Shown one piece after another: positions 7,057-16,335 of a stretch of 40,981 bases of DNA. Numbering within the stretch: the stretch's first letter is position 1; every line of letters starts with the position of its first letter. The notes below the pieces were generated by a model. It saw only the letters and a list, made by a program, of their open reading frames with translations, had not been told where the DNA came from and ran no database searches. Source of the stretch: Escherichia phage J8-65; sequence record NC_025445.1. One strand, written 5' to 3'. The position numbers were made by a program, and so were the translations under genes.

Positions 7057-8322
7057 GTGTTAGACAAACTGTTGCTCTCTGTCATGCGTGAGCGAGGGAA
7101 GTATAACTCCCTGCGCCATGCCATTCCAGAGGACACTATGAGTCAGACCACAGGCTACATGCTGCGTGCGTATGGCTCATACTTCGAGGCGTTCCCGGAT
7201 TCAGATTACGTGGATATGGAAACGCTAGGCACACACGTCCGGCTCAAGACTGGGAGTACACCGGAGCAGATGGCTGCGTTCGAATCGCTATGCCAGCAGC
7301 TCAAGGAATACCAGCCGACGAAGCAGCAGACCGAAGGCATCATCGACCAGTTAGTCGAGCTGGATACAGCAGGCAAGGTTAACCTCCTTGCGCAGAGGTA
7401 CGACAATGGCGATGAGATTGATTTCATCTATGAGCTGGGCCGCCTTGCAGAAGGCGCACGCCGCAGTCGAGGGCAGTCATCTGTCACTGATTACGTTGAC
7501 GATGATGTGGTTGATATTATCAATCGGACGGATGATGACCACGGTTTCAAGTTCGGTCTCATGTGTTTGCAGGACAGCGTTAGGGTACTTCTCCCCGGTG
7601 ACTCCGTTGCAATCGGCGCTCGACCCGACAGTGGCAAGACTTCCTTCATCGCGTTTAACCTTACGAGAATGGCGGCGACAGCAGCGAAGCTGTATCCGGG
7701 CCGACCAATCCTATGGTTCAACAACGAAGGGCAGGGCATCAACATCATCCCGCGCATCTACCAAGCGGCGCTCGGCTGTACGCTCCCGGAGTTAAAGGCA
7801 CTGGGTGCAGACAGGAAGAAGTTGCATGAGAAGTACGCGAAGGCGTTGAATGCTCCGGCCAACATCATACGTGTGAAGGACATGCACGGTGCAACGTTGG
7901 CCAAAGCGGAGCAGGTGATTGAAGCAATGAATCCCTGCATCGTGGTGTGGGATATGCTGGCAAACTTCAAGTTGTCTGTGGCTGACGCTAACAGCAACAA
8001 GGCCAGCCAAGTCGAGCAGCTCTGGCAGGAGGTACGTGAGCTGGCGGTACGTCATGACTTCGTATCGCTGGCTACGGTTCAGGTATCCGCAGACGGTGCC
8101 GACGATATGTTCCCCGCGCTAGACGCACTCAAGGATTCCAAGACTGGTATCCAAGGTGCGACCGATGTGATTGTCATGCTGGGTTCCGTTGACGACCCGG
8201 CGCTGGCAGCGAGGCGCGGCGTGAGCACTCCGAAGAACAAGCGGCAGATAGCTGGGCGTCCGTCCAACGTCCGTTCGCAGGTTCACTTCTATGCTGATAA
8301 ATGTCAATTCGAGGATATGTGA
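7057..8322 (+). CDS. DnaB-like replicative DNA helicase (421 aa)
   Basis: GTG start 5 nt after AGGAGG; Walker A GARPDSGKTS; position matches T7 gp4 helicase domain. Confidence 0.75.
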   Translation: MLDKLLLSVMRERGKYNSLRHAIPEDTMSQTTGYMLRAYGSYFEAFPDSDYVDMETLGTHVRLKTGSTPEQMAAFESLCQQLKEYQPTKQQTEGIIDQLVELDTAGKVNLLAQRYDNGDEIDFIYELGRLAEGARRSRGQSSVTDYVDDDVVDIINRTDDDHGFKFGLMCLQDSVRVLLPGDSVAIGARPDSGKTSFIAFNLTRMAATAAKLYPGRPILWFNNEGQGINIIPRIYQAALGCTLPELKALGADRKKLHEKYAKALNAPANIIRVKDMHGATLAKAEQVIEAMNPCIVVWDMLANFKLSVADANSNKASQVEQLWQEVRELAVRHDFVSLATVQVSADGADDMFPALDALKDSKTGIQGATDVIVMLGSVDDPALAARRGVSTPKNKRQIAGRPSNVRSQVHFYADKCQFEDM

Positions 8323-8675
8323 TGAGCAAGATAAAGGTAGGCGACCGCGTTCGTAACTGTGACACCAAGAGCGTACACTTCGGCGCGACTGGTACTGTGG
8401 TGGATATCGACAGCAAGTGCATCAGCATCCGGCGCGACGATGGCTCGCGTGGTTCCGGTATCTATGGTTCGTGGACTGCGCGGCCAGAGTGCTGGGAGCT
8501 ACTGGATGAAGTAGCCAAGGTGCCGGAGCCGACGAGCACTGACGAAGACTGGAGCTATGCAGAAGCTGAGCGTCTGTATCAGGCGGCGTGTGATGCCATG
8601 TCGCGGTACAATCAGTACATCGAGCGTAAGCCTACGACTAACTACCTGTCCGGCTCAGTGCCGAGCAAGTGGTGA
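8322..8675 (+). CDS. hypothetical protein (118 aa)
   Basis: ATG 8322 with GAGGA RBS, 1-nt overlap with helicase stop. Confidence 0.55.
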   Translation: MSKIKVGDRVRNCDTKSVHFGATGTVVDIDSKCISIRRDDGSRGSGIYGSWTARPECWELLDEVAKVPEPTSTDEDWSYAEAERLYQAACDAMSRYNQYIERKPTTNYLSGSVPSKW

Positions 8676-8839
8676 AAGGGCGCAGCTATCGTCGTTGCTC
8701 TTGCGGCGGCAGCCTGCTAACTGAGCAGGTCAAGGGCAAGGCCACTGGCAAAGTGCTGGTGATTTATGAGTGTGAAAAGTGTGGAGCGAAACAGTATGGA
8801 AGAACGCACGTATCGAGCGGCACCCTTAAACCAACGTGA
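8672..8839 (+). CDS. putative zinc-ribbon protein (55 aa, GTG start)
   Basis: GTGA overlap with upstream stop; CSC-x20-CEKC motif; overlaps next ORF in another frame. Confidence 0.3.
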   Translation: MKGRSYRRCSCGGSLLTEQVKGKATGKVLVIYECEKCGAKQYGRTHVSSGTLKPT

Positions 8840-8987
8840 GCAGGAACTCATCCGGGCACAGTACCGGAAGGGCGACGCATTCCGTGGTGCCGAGGCATTG
8901 GGTGAACGCTTCAACGTAGCACCCGAAGATATCTACGCCGTGGTTAACTTCACCTATACCAAGGGGAGAAAGAAAAGTGATAAGTGA
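8796..8987 (+). CDS. small HTH-like protein (63 aa)
   Basis: ATG 8796; LNQREQELIRAQYRKGDAFRGAEALGERFNVAPEDIYAVV resembles a sigma region 4 / LuxR-type HTH. Confidence 0.4.
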   Translation: MEERTYRAAPLNQREQELIRAQYRKGDAFRGAEALGERFNVAPEDIYAVVNFTYTKGRKKSDK

Positions 8988-9660
8988 TAACGACTTCAAG
9001 CGCGTGTGGGCAGAGGAAATCTGTCGGCTGTTGCAGGGCGAAGAGTTGAGCTTCGTTGTTGCAGGGGGTGGGGCACGAGACACTGCGCTTGGCGTAGACC
9101 CGAAGGACTTTGATATCGTGGTGTTCGGTTGGGGCGGTGACATGCAGCGCGTTGCTCGCCGACTGGACTGGCTGGATTCCCGGCTGGAAGACTGGGCTGC
9201 GGAGCATGAGCTAGACTACGAGTACATGCCGAGTTACCACGATGCAGAAGAGGGCGGCGACTTTGGCTCCCGACTGTACGGCGTGTACAAAGTTGGCCCG
9301 GTCGATATCATCATCAGCAAGTGCGGCTGCTGGTCACAGGTGCTGAACGAGTTCGACTTCAACCTGAACCAGTTCTACTTCCCGTCCAGTATCCCGCGCT
9401 ACTCCGGCCAGTACAGCCGTGACCCCGGCGACTTCATGGCGTACCCGTATGAGCCGAAGCTGACTGCCGAGGATGTGCAGTGGTATCCGGCGCTGGCCAG
9501 TCTGGTTGAAAGCTATGACGACCTTCTGACCCTGCGTGTGTGCCGACCGGATGCGAGCATGAGTCGTCTGGCTTACATGTTAGAGAAGCACGAGAAGCTG
9601 CTGCCCCGCATTCAGGAGTACGTGAATCGTATGCCTGACCATTTGGGTGGCACAGCATAG
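8977..9660 (+). CDS. class II CCA-adding-enzyme-like nucleotidyltransferase, short form (227 aa)
   Basis: GTG start after GGGGAG; VVAGGGARDTALGVDPKDFDIVVFG matches the GGxxRD...DxD head-domain signature of CCA-adding/poly(A) polymerase family; downstream DFNLN motif. Confidence 0.6.
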   Translation: MISDNDFKRVWAEEICRLLQGEELSFVVAGGGARDTALGVDPKDFDIVVFGWGGDMQRVARRLDWLDSRLEDWAAEHELDYEYMPSYHDAEEGGDFGSRLYGVYKVGPVDIIISKCGCWSQVLNEFDFNLNQFYFPSSIPRYSGQYSRDPGDFMAYPYEPKLTAEDVQWYPALASLVESYDDLLTLRVCRPDASMSRLAYMLEKHEKLLPRIQEYVNRMPDHLGGTA

Positions 9661-9670
9661 CGGAGGGGTA

Positions 9671-12136
9671 ATGGCAATTCGAGCACAGGTCATTGACGTT
9701 GAGACCGAGAACCATGACTGGTACGGTGAGCTGGCATCTCCACGCTGCCCGGACAACTACGTCGTGATGCAAGGCCAGCGCGATTGTGTGCTGACGAAGA
9801 ATGGCTGGGAGTTCTACGAGCGCGAAGAGTATCGGTACACGTCAAGGGAAGACTGGTTGCAGAACAAGAGTCTGCACCTGCACCCCGACACGAACATACT
9901 GGTGGCACACAACGCGCCGTACGAATTGAGCTGGTGGTTCCTGCATTACGGTGACGAGTTCACTGCCTTCCTCAAACGGGGTGGCCGTGTATTCTGTACC
10001 GCATATGCAGAGTACCTGCTGACTCACCAGCAATCGCAGTACCCATCGTTAAACGAAACCGCGCCGAAGTACGGCGGTACTCACAAGGTGGATGCAGTCA
10101 AGGCAATGTGGGAGTCAGGTTATCTGACCAGCCAGATTGACCCGGAGCTGCTAAGTGAGTACCTGTCCGGGCCGAGCGGCGATATCGAGAACACCACGAA
10201 GGTGTTCGTCGGGCAGTGGGCTGAGCTTACCAAACAAGGTATGCTACCGATGGCACTGACCCGTATGGAAGGGATGCTGATGTGGGCGTACATGATGCAC
10301 AGCGGCTTGCACGTTGACCGTGAAGTGGCTGAGCGGAATCGTCAGGAGTTACGCACGCAGATTGACGAGCTGACACAGAAGCTGCTGGATTATCTACCAG
10401 CGGATATGCCGGAGGAAGCACGTAACCAGTTCAAGTTCACGTCGGCATACCACATGTCAGCGTTCGTCTTCGGCGGCGTCATGAAGTATACGACCCGCGT
10501 ACCACGTACTGATGCAGACGGCAATCCAATCTACGTGAAGGTGGATGCGCCGCTGTTCAAGCGTGGCAAGGAGAAGTGGTTGAAGCACAAGGAAGAGTGC
10601 GAGTTCGATGAAGAGTCCGGGCTATGGTATGACCCGGTTGAGAAGGTACACCAAACTCTGTACACGGCAGGCAAGTTCAAGGGCGAGCCTAAGTTCGAGA
10701 AGCTGGCGACAGATGAGGTGGACACCAAGTGGGGCGATGTGCTGTACCCGCTGCCCGGTCTGCTCCGCGACAAGGACAGACGAGCGAAGGAGATAGCAGA
10801 CAACCTCGTATGGGAAGACCCGAAGCGTCCGGGTGAATATCTCCGGCGCACTGGTGACTGGGTGGGCAAGCGTAAGCTGGCTGATGGTACACCTGTGTTC
10901 AGTACGGCGGGTGAGGTGCTGGAGATTCTGGCTGCCCGTAAGATTCCCGGTGTGGTTGAAATCGCTGAACGTGCCAAGTCACAGAAAGACCTCGGCACCT
11001 ACTACTTGAGTGAGACCTTCGACGAAGAGGGTAACGTCACTGGCCAGTCAGGTATGATGCAGTTCATCCAGCCGGATGGGATTGTACATCACACCATTAA
11101 CATGACTGCGACGGAGACCACTCGCTTATCATCGGCACGACCGAATAGCCAGAACCTTCCGCGTAAAGGTACGAGTAAAGTTAAGCAGATGTTCACCTCC
11201 CGGTTTGGGCCGGGCGGCAGGATAGTCGAGGCTGACTACTCGGCGCTGGAAGTAGTAGGGCTGGCGGGATTCAGTAAGGATAAGAATCTCGTTAAGGCTC
11301 TGATGGATAACATCGACATGCACTGTATGCGTCTGGCCGCGCAGCTTGAGGAAGACTACGAAGAGGTGAAGCGTAAGGCGAAGGATGAATCCCATCCTGA
11401 CCACGAACGCTACAGCCAGATGCGTACCGATATCAAGCCGAAGGCATTCTCATATCAGTACGGTGCGACAGCGCGAGGCATCGCGTACTCCACTGGCTGT
11501 ACTGAGGAAGAGGCACAGGCATTCATCGACAACGAGAAGAGTCTGTTTCCAGAAGTGGAAGCATGGTTCGACAAGGTTATCTTCCCGGCAGTGGAGAAGT
11601 CCGGTCAGAGCAATGTGTTCAAGGAGCAGGATGAGAATGGACGGTGGTGCGTCTACCGCCGTGGCTACTTCAAATCTCCGGGCGGCACCTGCTATTCATT
11701 CCGTCAGTATGAGAAATGGAACAGCGCAGCTCGTGGGTATTTGATGGAATACAAGCCAACCCAAATGCGTAACTATCCGATTCAAGGTGAGACCGCGTTT
11801 TGGGTGCAGGGCATTGGTGGTCTGTTGTTCCGCTGGCTGCTGAGCAATGACTTCTTTGGTGGGCGTGTGGTTCCCATCAACCAAGTGCATGACGCATTCT
11901 ATTTCGACGTTGCGCCTGACTGTCCACACGAGTTCTTCGTAGGACTCAAGGCAATCATGGAGAGCATCCCGGAATACTATAACCACGTATGGCCTGAGTA
12001 TGACCTGACGGTGCCGTTCCCGGCAGAGGTGGAAGCAGGCCCAAGCATGTACGAGAAGCACCACGTAGAGACGACAGCCGAAGAAGTGCTGGAGTTCAAA
12101 CGTAACTTTCTGAAATCTAAGGGTATCGAGATATGA
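9671..12136 (+). CDS. family A DNA polymerase, T7 gp5-like (821 aa)
   Basis: ATG 9671 after GGAGGGG; exo motif VIDVETE; motif A DYSALEVVG; motif B RTDIKPKAFSYQYGAT; motif C VHDAF. Confidence 0.9.
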   Translation: MAIRAQVIDVETENHDWYGELASPRCPDNYVVMQGQRDCVLTKNGWEFYEREEYRYTSREDWLQNKSLHLHPDTNILVAHNAPYELSWWFLHYGDEFTAFLKRGGRVFCTAYAEYLLTHQQSQYPSLNETAPKYGGTHKVDAVKAMWESGYLTSQIDPELLSEYLSGPSGDIENTTKVFVGQWAELTKQGMLPMALTRMEGMLMWAYMMHSGLHVDREVAERNRQELRTQIDELTQKLLDYLPADMPEEARNQFKFTSAYHMSAFVFGGVMKYTTRVPRTDADGNPIYVKVDAPLFKRGKEKWLKHKEECEFDEESGLWYDPVEKVHQTLYTAGKFKGEPKFEKLATDEVDTKWGDVLYPLPGLLRDKDRRAKEIADNLVWEDPKRPGEYLRRTGDWVGKRKLADGTPVFSTAGEVLEILAARKIPGVVEIAERAKSQKDLGTYYLSETFDEEGNVTGQSGMMQFIQPDGIVHHTINMTATETTRLSSARPNSQNLPRKGTSKVKQMFTSRFGPGGRIVEADYSALEVVGLAGFSKDKNLVKALMDNIDMHCMRLAAQLEEDYEEVKRKAKDESHPDHERYSQMRTDIKPKAFSYQYGATARGIAYSTGCTEEEAQAFIDNEKSLFPEVEAWFDKVIFPAVEKSGQSNVFKEQDENGRWCVYRRGYFKSPGGTCYSFRQYEKWNSAARGYLMEYKPTQMRNYPIQGETAFWVQGIGGLLFRWLLSNDFFGGRVVPINQVHDAFYFDVAPDCPHEFFVGLKAIMESIPEYYNHVWPEYDLTVPFPAEVEAGPSMYEKHHVETTAEEVLEFKRNFLKSKGIEI

Positions 12137-13038
12137 CTAAGCCGAGTGTATTGAATCGCTTTAACACCATCGTTGAACAGTTCGTTGAAGAAGAAGGCGT
12201 AGACTTTAACGAAGCCGTGTCCGGTGGCGGCGGCAAGCTGATGCCGGAAGGTAAGGCACTGGCTCGCCTGATTCAGTATGTGGAAATCGGGCCGCAGCCT
12301 ATTAAGCAGGACGCAAGCAAACCGCCTGTCAATAAGTTCTTCCTCAAGTTCGCAGTGTGGGGTAAGGGTAAGGACAAGACCTCAACCTACCACGATGTGG
12401 TGGATGGCAAGATGGTGCCGGGCATTGTGCGCACGCAGTTCATTGCTGTTAAGAAAGACCTCAACAGCAAGTCCGGCGCGTACAAACTGTTCAAGCGTAT
12501 GAACCCGGAGAAGACTGCGAAGCACTTCGCTCAGCTCCTGAACAATACGTTCATCCTGCCTATCGTGCATAACGAATCAGGCGAGGGCGAGAACAAGAAG
12601 GTGTACGCCAACATCGACCTTGAGAACATCAGCCTCGCGGTTAACCCGGTGACTGATGAGCCGTTCGATGTGCCGGAGGTTGAGGACGAGTCGCTGTTCA
12701 AGCTGTTCCTGTGGAACCGTCCGACTAAGGAAGACTGGGAATCCCTGTACATTGAAGGGAAGAACGACGAGGGCAAATCCAAGAACTGGATTCAGGATGC
12801 TCTGCTGTCCAGCCCTGAGTATCCCGGCTCTCCGCTTGACCTGCTGCTGAATGGCGGCGGCGCTGGCTCTGCAATCTCTGAGCTGCCTGAGCTGGAAGAG
12901 GCGCAGGAGGAAGCGAAGGAAGTAACGCCGGAGCCGGAGGAACTGCCTACCAAGAAGGGTGGTAAGAAGGGTGCGACCGAGACCTCGCCGGAACCTGACG
13001 TGACTGGTGATGCTGACTTTGGCCTGCCGAGCCTGTAA
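12133..13038 (+). CDS. hypothetical protein with acidic C-terminal tail (301 aa)
   Basis: ATGA overlap with polymerase stop; acidic PE-rich C-terminus ending GDADFGLPSL; possible ssDNA-binding role is speculative. Confidence 0.55.
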   Translation: MTKPSVLNRFNTIVEQFVEEEGVDFNEAVSGGGGKLMPEGKALARLIQYVEIGPQPIKQDASKPPVNKFFLKFAVWGKGKDKTSTYHDVVDGKMVPGIVRTQFIAVKKDLNSKSGAYKLFKRMNPEKTAKHFAQLLNNTFILPIVHNESGEGENKKVYANIDLENISLAVNPVTDEPFDVPEVEDESLFKLFLWNRPTKEDWESLYIEGKNDEGKSKNWIQDALLSSPEYPGSPLDLLLNGGGAGSAISELPELEEAQEEAKEVTPEPEELPTKKGGKKGATETSPEPDVTGDADFGLPSL

Positions 13039-13046
13039 CTGATAAG

Positions 13047-13066
13047 GGCACAGGGAAGTGCCTTGG
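13047..13066 (+). promoter_or_regulatory. post-stop GC-rich stem-loop
   Basis: TAACTGATAAGGGCACagggaaGTGCCTTgg directly after stop; same ACTGA-hairpin pattern as early-region hairpins. Confidence 0.35.
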
Positions 13067-13073
13067 AGGTTTT

Positions 13074-13271
13074 ATGAGAGAGCTTGATGAAAGAGAGGTC
13101 ATCTACTACGACGACCCCAAGAGCATGAGCATGGTAATCAAGAGCCGCCGTGAAACAGTGTCCATGAGTTACGACATGTTCTTTACGCTCAGGCAAATGT
13201 TTCAGAACGAAGTGTTAAGGAGAGTCGATGAGCAGATTGCAGCGCTTGTTGGCGACAGCCGGAGCGATTGA
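13074..13271 (+). CDS. hypothetical protein (65 aa)
   Basis: GGAGG RBS, ATG start. Confidence 0.5.
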   Translation: MRELDEREVIYYDDPKSMSMVIKSRRETVSMSYDMFFTLRQMFQNEVLRRVDEQIAALVGDSRSD

Positions 13272-14205
13272 TGTAGACCAATTCGACGGGTACGTTGCGG
13301 GGCGCGTACTTCTTTGCGATGCAGACTCAACAGTGTATGTGGCCGCAGCCACAACGAAGAACATCGAGACAGCCAAGACGCGCTTCTGCTCCGGCGTCCT
13401 GACTGCCAAGTTCCTTGCTAATGCTCAGTCGGTTCGTATCGAGCTGACTGCTGCTGAGTGCAAGAAGGCTGGGCGGTACAAGCTGCGCGGTGTCAAGCTG
13501 TACCAGAGCAACCGTGATAAAGACCGGAAGCCGGGATTGGTCGAGCCGCTGCGCAAAGCTATTGGCCGCAACATGTTCAATATCCCGGACGGTGAGGATT
13601 GGTACGTTCACCTGAACTTCGACGTTGAGGCAGACGACACCTTAATCATGGACGCTTGGACGCTGGGGCTGGAGCACGCTGTAATCTACAGCGCTGACAA
13701 AGACCTGCGTTGTTGGCCGGGGCGCTTCCTCGACCCGTACGACAACAAGGTGCTGGAGCCGTGCAAGGGTATCGGCACGCTGTGGTGGCACGAGACGAAG
13801 AGTGACAAGTCTCTCATCGGTCATGGCCCAATCTTCTTTTGGGCACAGATGCTGATGGGTGACACTGCCGACGCCATAGCTGGCCTCGTTAAGTGTGGCA
13901 AACAAAGGGCGTGGGATTTACTGGAGAGCTATCAGGAAACCGAGGACGAGTCAGCCGTAGCCGAGCTGGTACTGCGGGAGTACATGGCCAAAGACCAGAA
14001 CCCGTGGCCAGAAGCCGTAGCCCTGTGGCTGCTGCGCACGCCGGAGTACACCTTCGCCGCTCACCTGAACACGCTGACTCTGAGCAAGGAGCTGCGTGTG
14101 TGGCTCCACAAGAAATTGATGGAGAAGTGGTATGAGGAAAGTGACTGGCGCGACACTGCTGCACCTACGGAAGAGTGCGATGGGTTGTCCTTGCCCACTC
14201 TGTAA
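13228..14205 (+). CDS. 5'-3' exonuclease, T7 gp6 / FEN-like (325 aa)
   Basis: AAGGAG RBS; N-terminal acidic LLCDADS, SADKDLRCWPG and GDTADAIAGL motifs parallel T7 gp6. Confidence 0.75.
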   Translation: MSRLQRLLATAGAIDVDQFDGYVAGRVLLCDADSTVYVAAATTKNIETAKTRFCSGVLTAKFLANAQSVRIELTAAECKKAGRYKLRGVKLYQSNRDKDRKPGLVEPLRKAIGRNMFNIPDGEDWYVHLNFDVEADDTLIMDAWTLGLEHAVIYSADKDLRCWPGRFLDPYDNKVLEPCKGIGTLWWHETKSDKSLIGHGPIFFWAQMLMGDTADAIAGLVKCGKQRAWDLLESYQETEDESAVAELVLREYMAKDQNPWPEAVALWLLRTPEYTFAAHLNTLTLSKELRVWLHKKLMEKWYEESDWRDTAAPTEECDGLSLPTL

Positions 14206-14512
14206 TGAACCAATGGTTGACCTCAAGCTCATGGTTGTTGACCACGACCATGTGACTGGGGAGATACGCGGCGTCATCTGCCGCTGGTGCAATGCGCAGC
14301 TCGGCAAGGTAGAGAACTCTGCCAACCGAGCCAAGCGCCAGCGCACGGTGGACGACTGGTTGGACAGCGCCATTGAGTGGCGGCGTAAGCAGCACACCGG
14401 GTTGATGTATCCGACGCATAAGACGGAGGCTGAGAAGAAGGAAGCCGCAGCCGCGAAACGTAAGAAGGCCGCAGCAGCGAGAGCGCGTGCCGTAATCACT
14501 AAGGGGAAATGA
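14132..14512 (+). CDS. endonuclease VII-type Holliday junction resolvase (126 aa)
   Basis: CPCPLC...DHDHVTGEIRGVICRWCN signature of T4 endo VII family; alternative start at ATG 14180. Confidence 0.8.
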   Translation: MRKVTGATLLHLRKSAMGCPCPLCNEPMVDLKLMVVDHDHVTGEIRGVICRWCNAQLGKVENSANRAKRQRTVDDWLDSAIEWRRKQHTGLMYPTHKTEAEKKEAAAAKRKKAAAARARAVITKGK

Positions 14513-15633
14513 TGAAGCTGTCGAACCAGCAGTTGAAAGAAGATATTGCCGAAGGTCTCGGCACCAAGGCAATCGCCGACAAGCACGACATGACCGAGAG
14601 CGCTATTCGTTATCGCAAGCGTCAGCTCGCCAAGAGTGGCTGGAGTCCTGAGCATGACATGACGAAGGAAGTGCCGGAACCCTACATGATTAAGGGTACG
14701 TCCACGCTGTATGACAAAGAGGGCAACGTAGTCCAGCAATGGGTGAAGACTGCGCTCGACCATGAACGTGAGCTGGCGCTGTTGCAGGTGGCAGTCGATG
14801 CCATCTGTGAGGATATCAAGCCTGAGCTACCACGACCGTACCGACGCGGCCCAGCCCCGGCTGAGTTGCTCGACCTGTTCGTATTGACTGACTACCACTT
14901 AGGTATGCTGTCATGGGCCGAAGAGACTGGCGCGGGTTGGGATATGCGGATTGCAGAAGACCTGCTGGTCAAGTGGTTCGCTGCCGCCATTGAGTCAGCG
15001 CCGCCAGCGCAGGTGGCTGTGCTCGGCCAGCTCGGTGACTTCCTGCACTGGGATGGACTGGATGCAGTGACCCCATCAAGCGGCCACGTACTGGACGCCG
15101 ATACCCGGTTCCAGAAGCTGACTCGTGTGGCCATTCGTTCGCTGCGCCGCATCATTGCCATGCTGCTGGACAAGTTCCCGCAGGTGCATGTCATCTGTGC
15201 GGAGGGCAACCACGATATGGCCAGCTCCATCTGGCTGCGCGAGTTGCTTACCGCGCTGTACGAGGATGAGCCGCGAGTCACCGTAGACCGCAACCCTGAC
15301 CCGTACTACTGCTATGAGTTCGGCGAGACTGCGCTGTTCTTCCACCACGGTCACAAGCGTAAAGCTGAGCAGCTTGAGACTGTACTGGTTGCCAAGTACC
15401 GCGAAGTGTATGGCAGAACGAAACATGCTTACGCTCACGTCGGCCACCTCCACCACAAGAAAGTGCTGGAGTCTCCGATTATGGTTGTTGAGCAGCACCG
15501 CACGCTGGCGGCTAAGGATGCGTATGCGTCTCGCGGCGGGTGGTTAAGTGAGCGGAGTGCCAGCGTGATTACCTACCACGCCCGGTTCGGTGAGGTGGCT
15601 CGCTTCACCATTAGTCCTGAGATGTTGGAATGA
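14509..15633 (+). CDS. calcineurin-like metallophosphoesterase with N-terminal HTH (374 aa)
   Basis: N-terminal HTH-like segment; GNHD and GHxH/HVGHLHH metal-binding motifs. Confidence 0.6.
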   Translation: MMKLSNQQLKEDIAEGLGTKAIADKHDMTESAIRYRKRQLAKSGWSPEHDMTKEVPEPYMIKGTSTLYDKEGNVVQQWVKTALDHERELALLQVAVDAICEDIKPELPRPYRRGPAPAELLDLFVLTDYHLGMLSWAEETGAGWDMRIAEDLLVKWFAAAIESAPPAQVAVLGQLGDFLHWDGLDAVTPSSGHVLDADTRFQKLTRVAIRSLRRIIAMLLDKFPQVHVICAEGNHDMASSIWLRELLTALYEDEPRVTVDRNPDPYYCYEFGETALFFHHGHKRKAEQLETVLVAKYREVYGRTKHAYAHVGHLHHKKVLESPIMVVEQHRTLAAKDAYASRGGWLSERSASVITYHARFGEVARFTISPEMLE

Positions 15634-15857
15634 TATACGACGATGACGTAATCCAACTCACTGCCAATGGCTGGGCTGTCGAATGGACAGCCCGGACACA
15701 GGTAGAGGTAGTTGAAGACACTGTAGTCATACGTCAGGGCGACGACGAAGTTACCCTGCCGTGGTGCTACATCCCTGACATGCTGAAAGCACTGGAGAAA
15801 GCGCAAGATGAACTTAAAAGATACCGTTGTGGTAGACCTCGACGGAACGTTGGCTGA
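15630..15857 (+). CDS. hypothetical protein (75 aa)
   Basis: ATGA overlap with upstream stop. Confidence 0.5.
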   Translation: MIYDDDVIQLTANGWAVEWTARTQVEVVEDTVVIRQGDDEVTLPWCYIPDMLKALEKAQDELKRYRCGRPRRNVG

Positions 15858-16335
15858 TGGCCGCTGGCGTCTGCACCTGCTGCCGCCGCCTGACCGCCGC
15901 CATCTCGACGAAGCGTGGGCCGAGTTCAACTTGGCAGGTGCAGATGACCCCGCGTTTCAGGATACGATTGACATTGTGAACGCTCTGGCCCTCACGTATC
16001 GCATTGTCATTCTGACCGGACGCGGGGCCGTGGCCCGTGAAGTAACCGAGCAATGGCTCGACGATAATGGGATGGTGTACGACAAGCTCATCATGCGTGA
16101 GATTGGCGACTGCCGTAAGGACACTGAGATGAAGCGTGCTGCGCTGGAGGATATTGGTATCGACAATATCGTCTGCGCCTTTGACGACCTGCCGCACATC
16201 GTGGACTTCATGCGCAGCCTCGGCATCACGGTTTATGAAGTGACTCGGTACGAGGACAATCACGAGTATGTTCACGCAAATGCTAAGTATGATGGCGCTA
16301 ACGATACGGTCATTGGAGGTAAGGCGAATGGGTAA
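15808..16335 (+). CDS. HAD-superfamily phosphatase (175 aa)
   Basis: N-terminal VVVDLDGTL (HAD motif I DxDGT). Confidence 0.65.
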   Translation: MNLKDTVVVDLDGTLADGRWRLHLLPPPDRRHLDEAWAEFNLAGADDPAFQDTIDIVNALALTYRIVILTGRGAVAREVTEQWLDDNGMVYDKLIMREIGDCRKDTEMKRAALEDIGIDNIVCAFDDLPHIVDFMRSLGITVYEVTRYEDNHEYVHANAKYDGANDTVIGGKANG

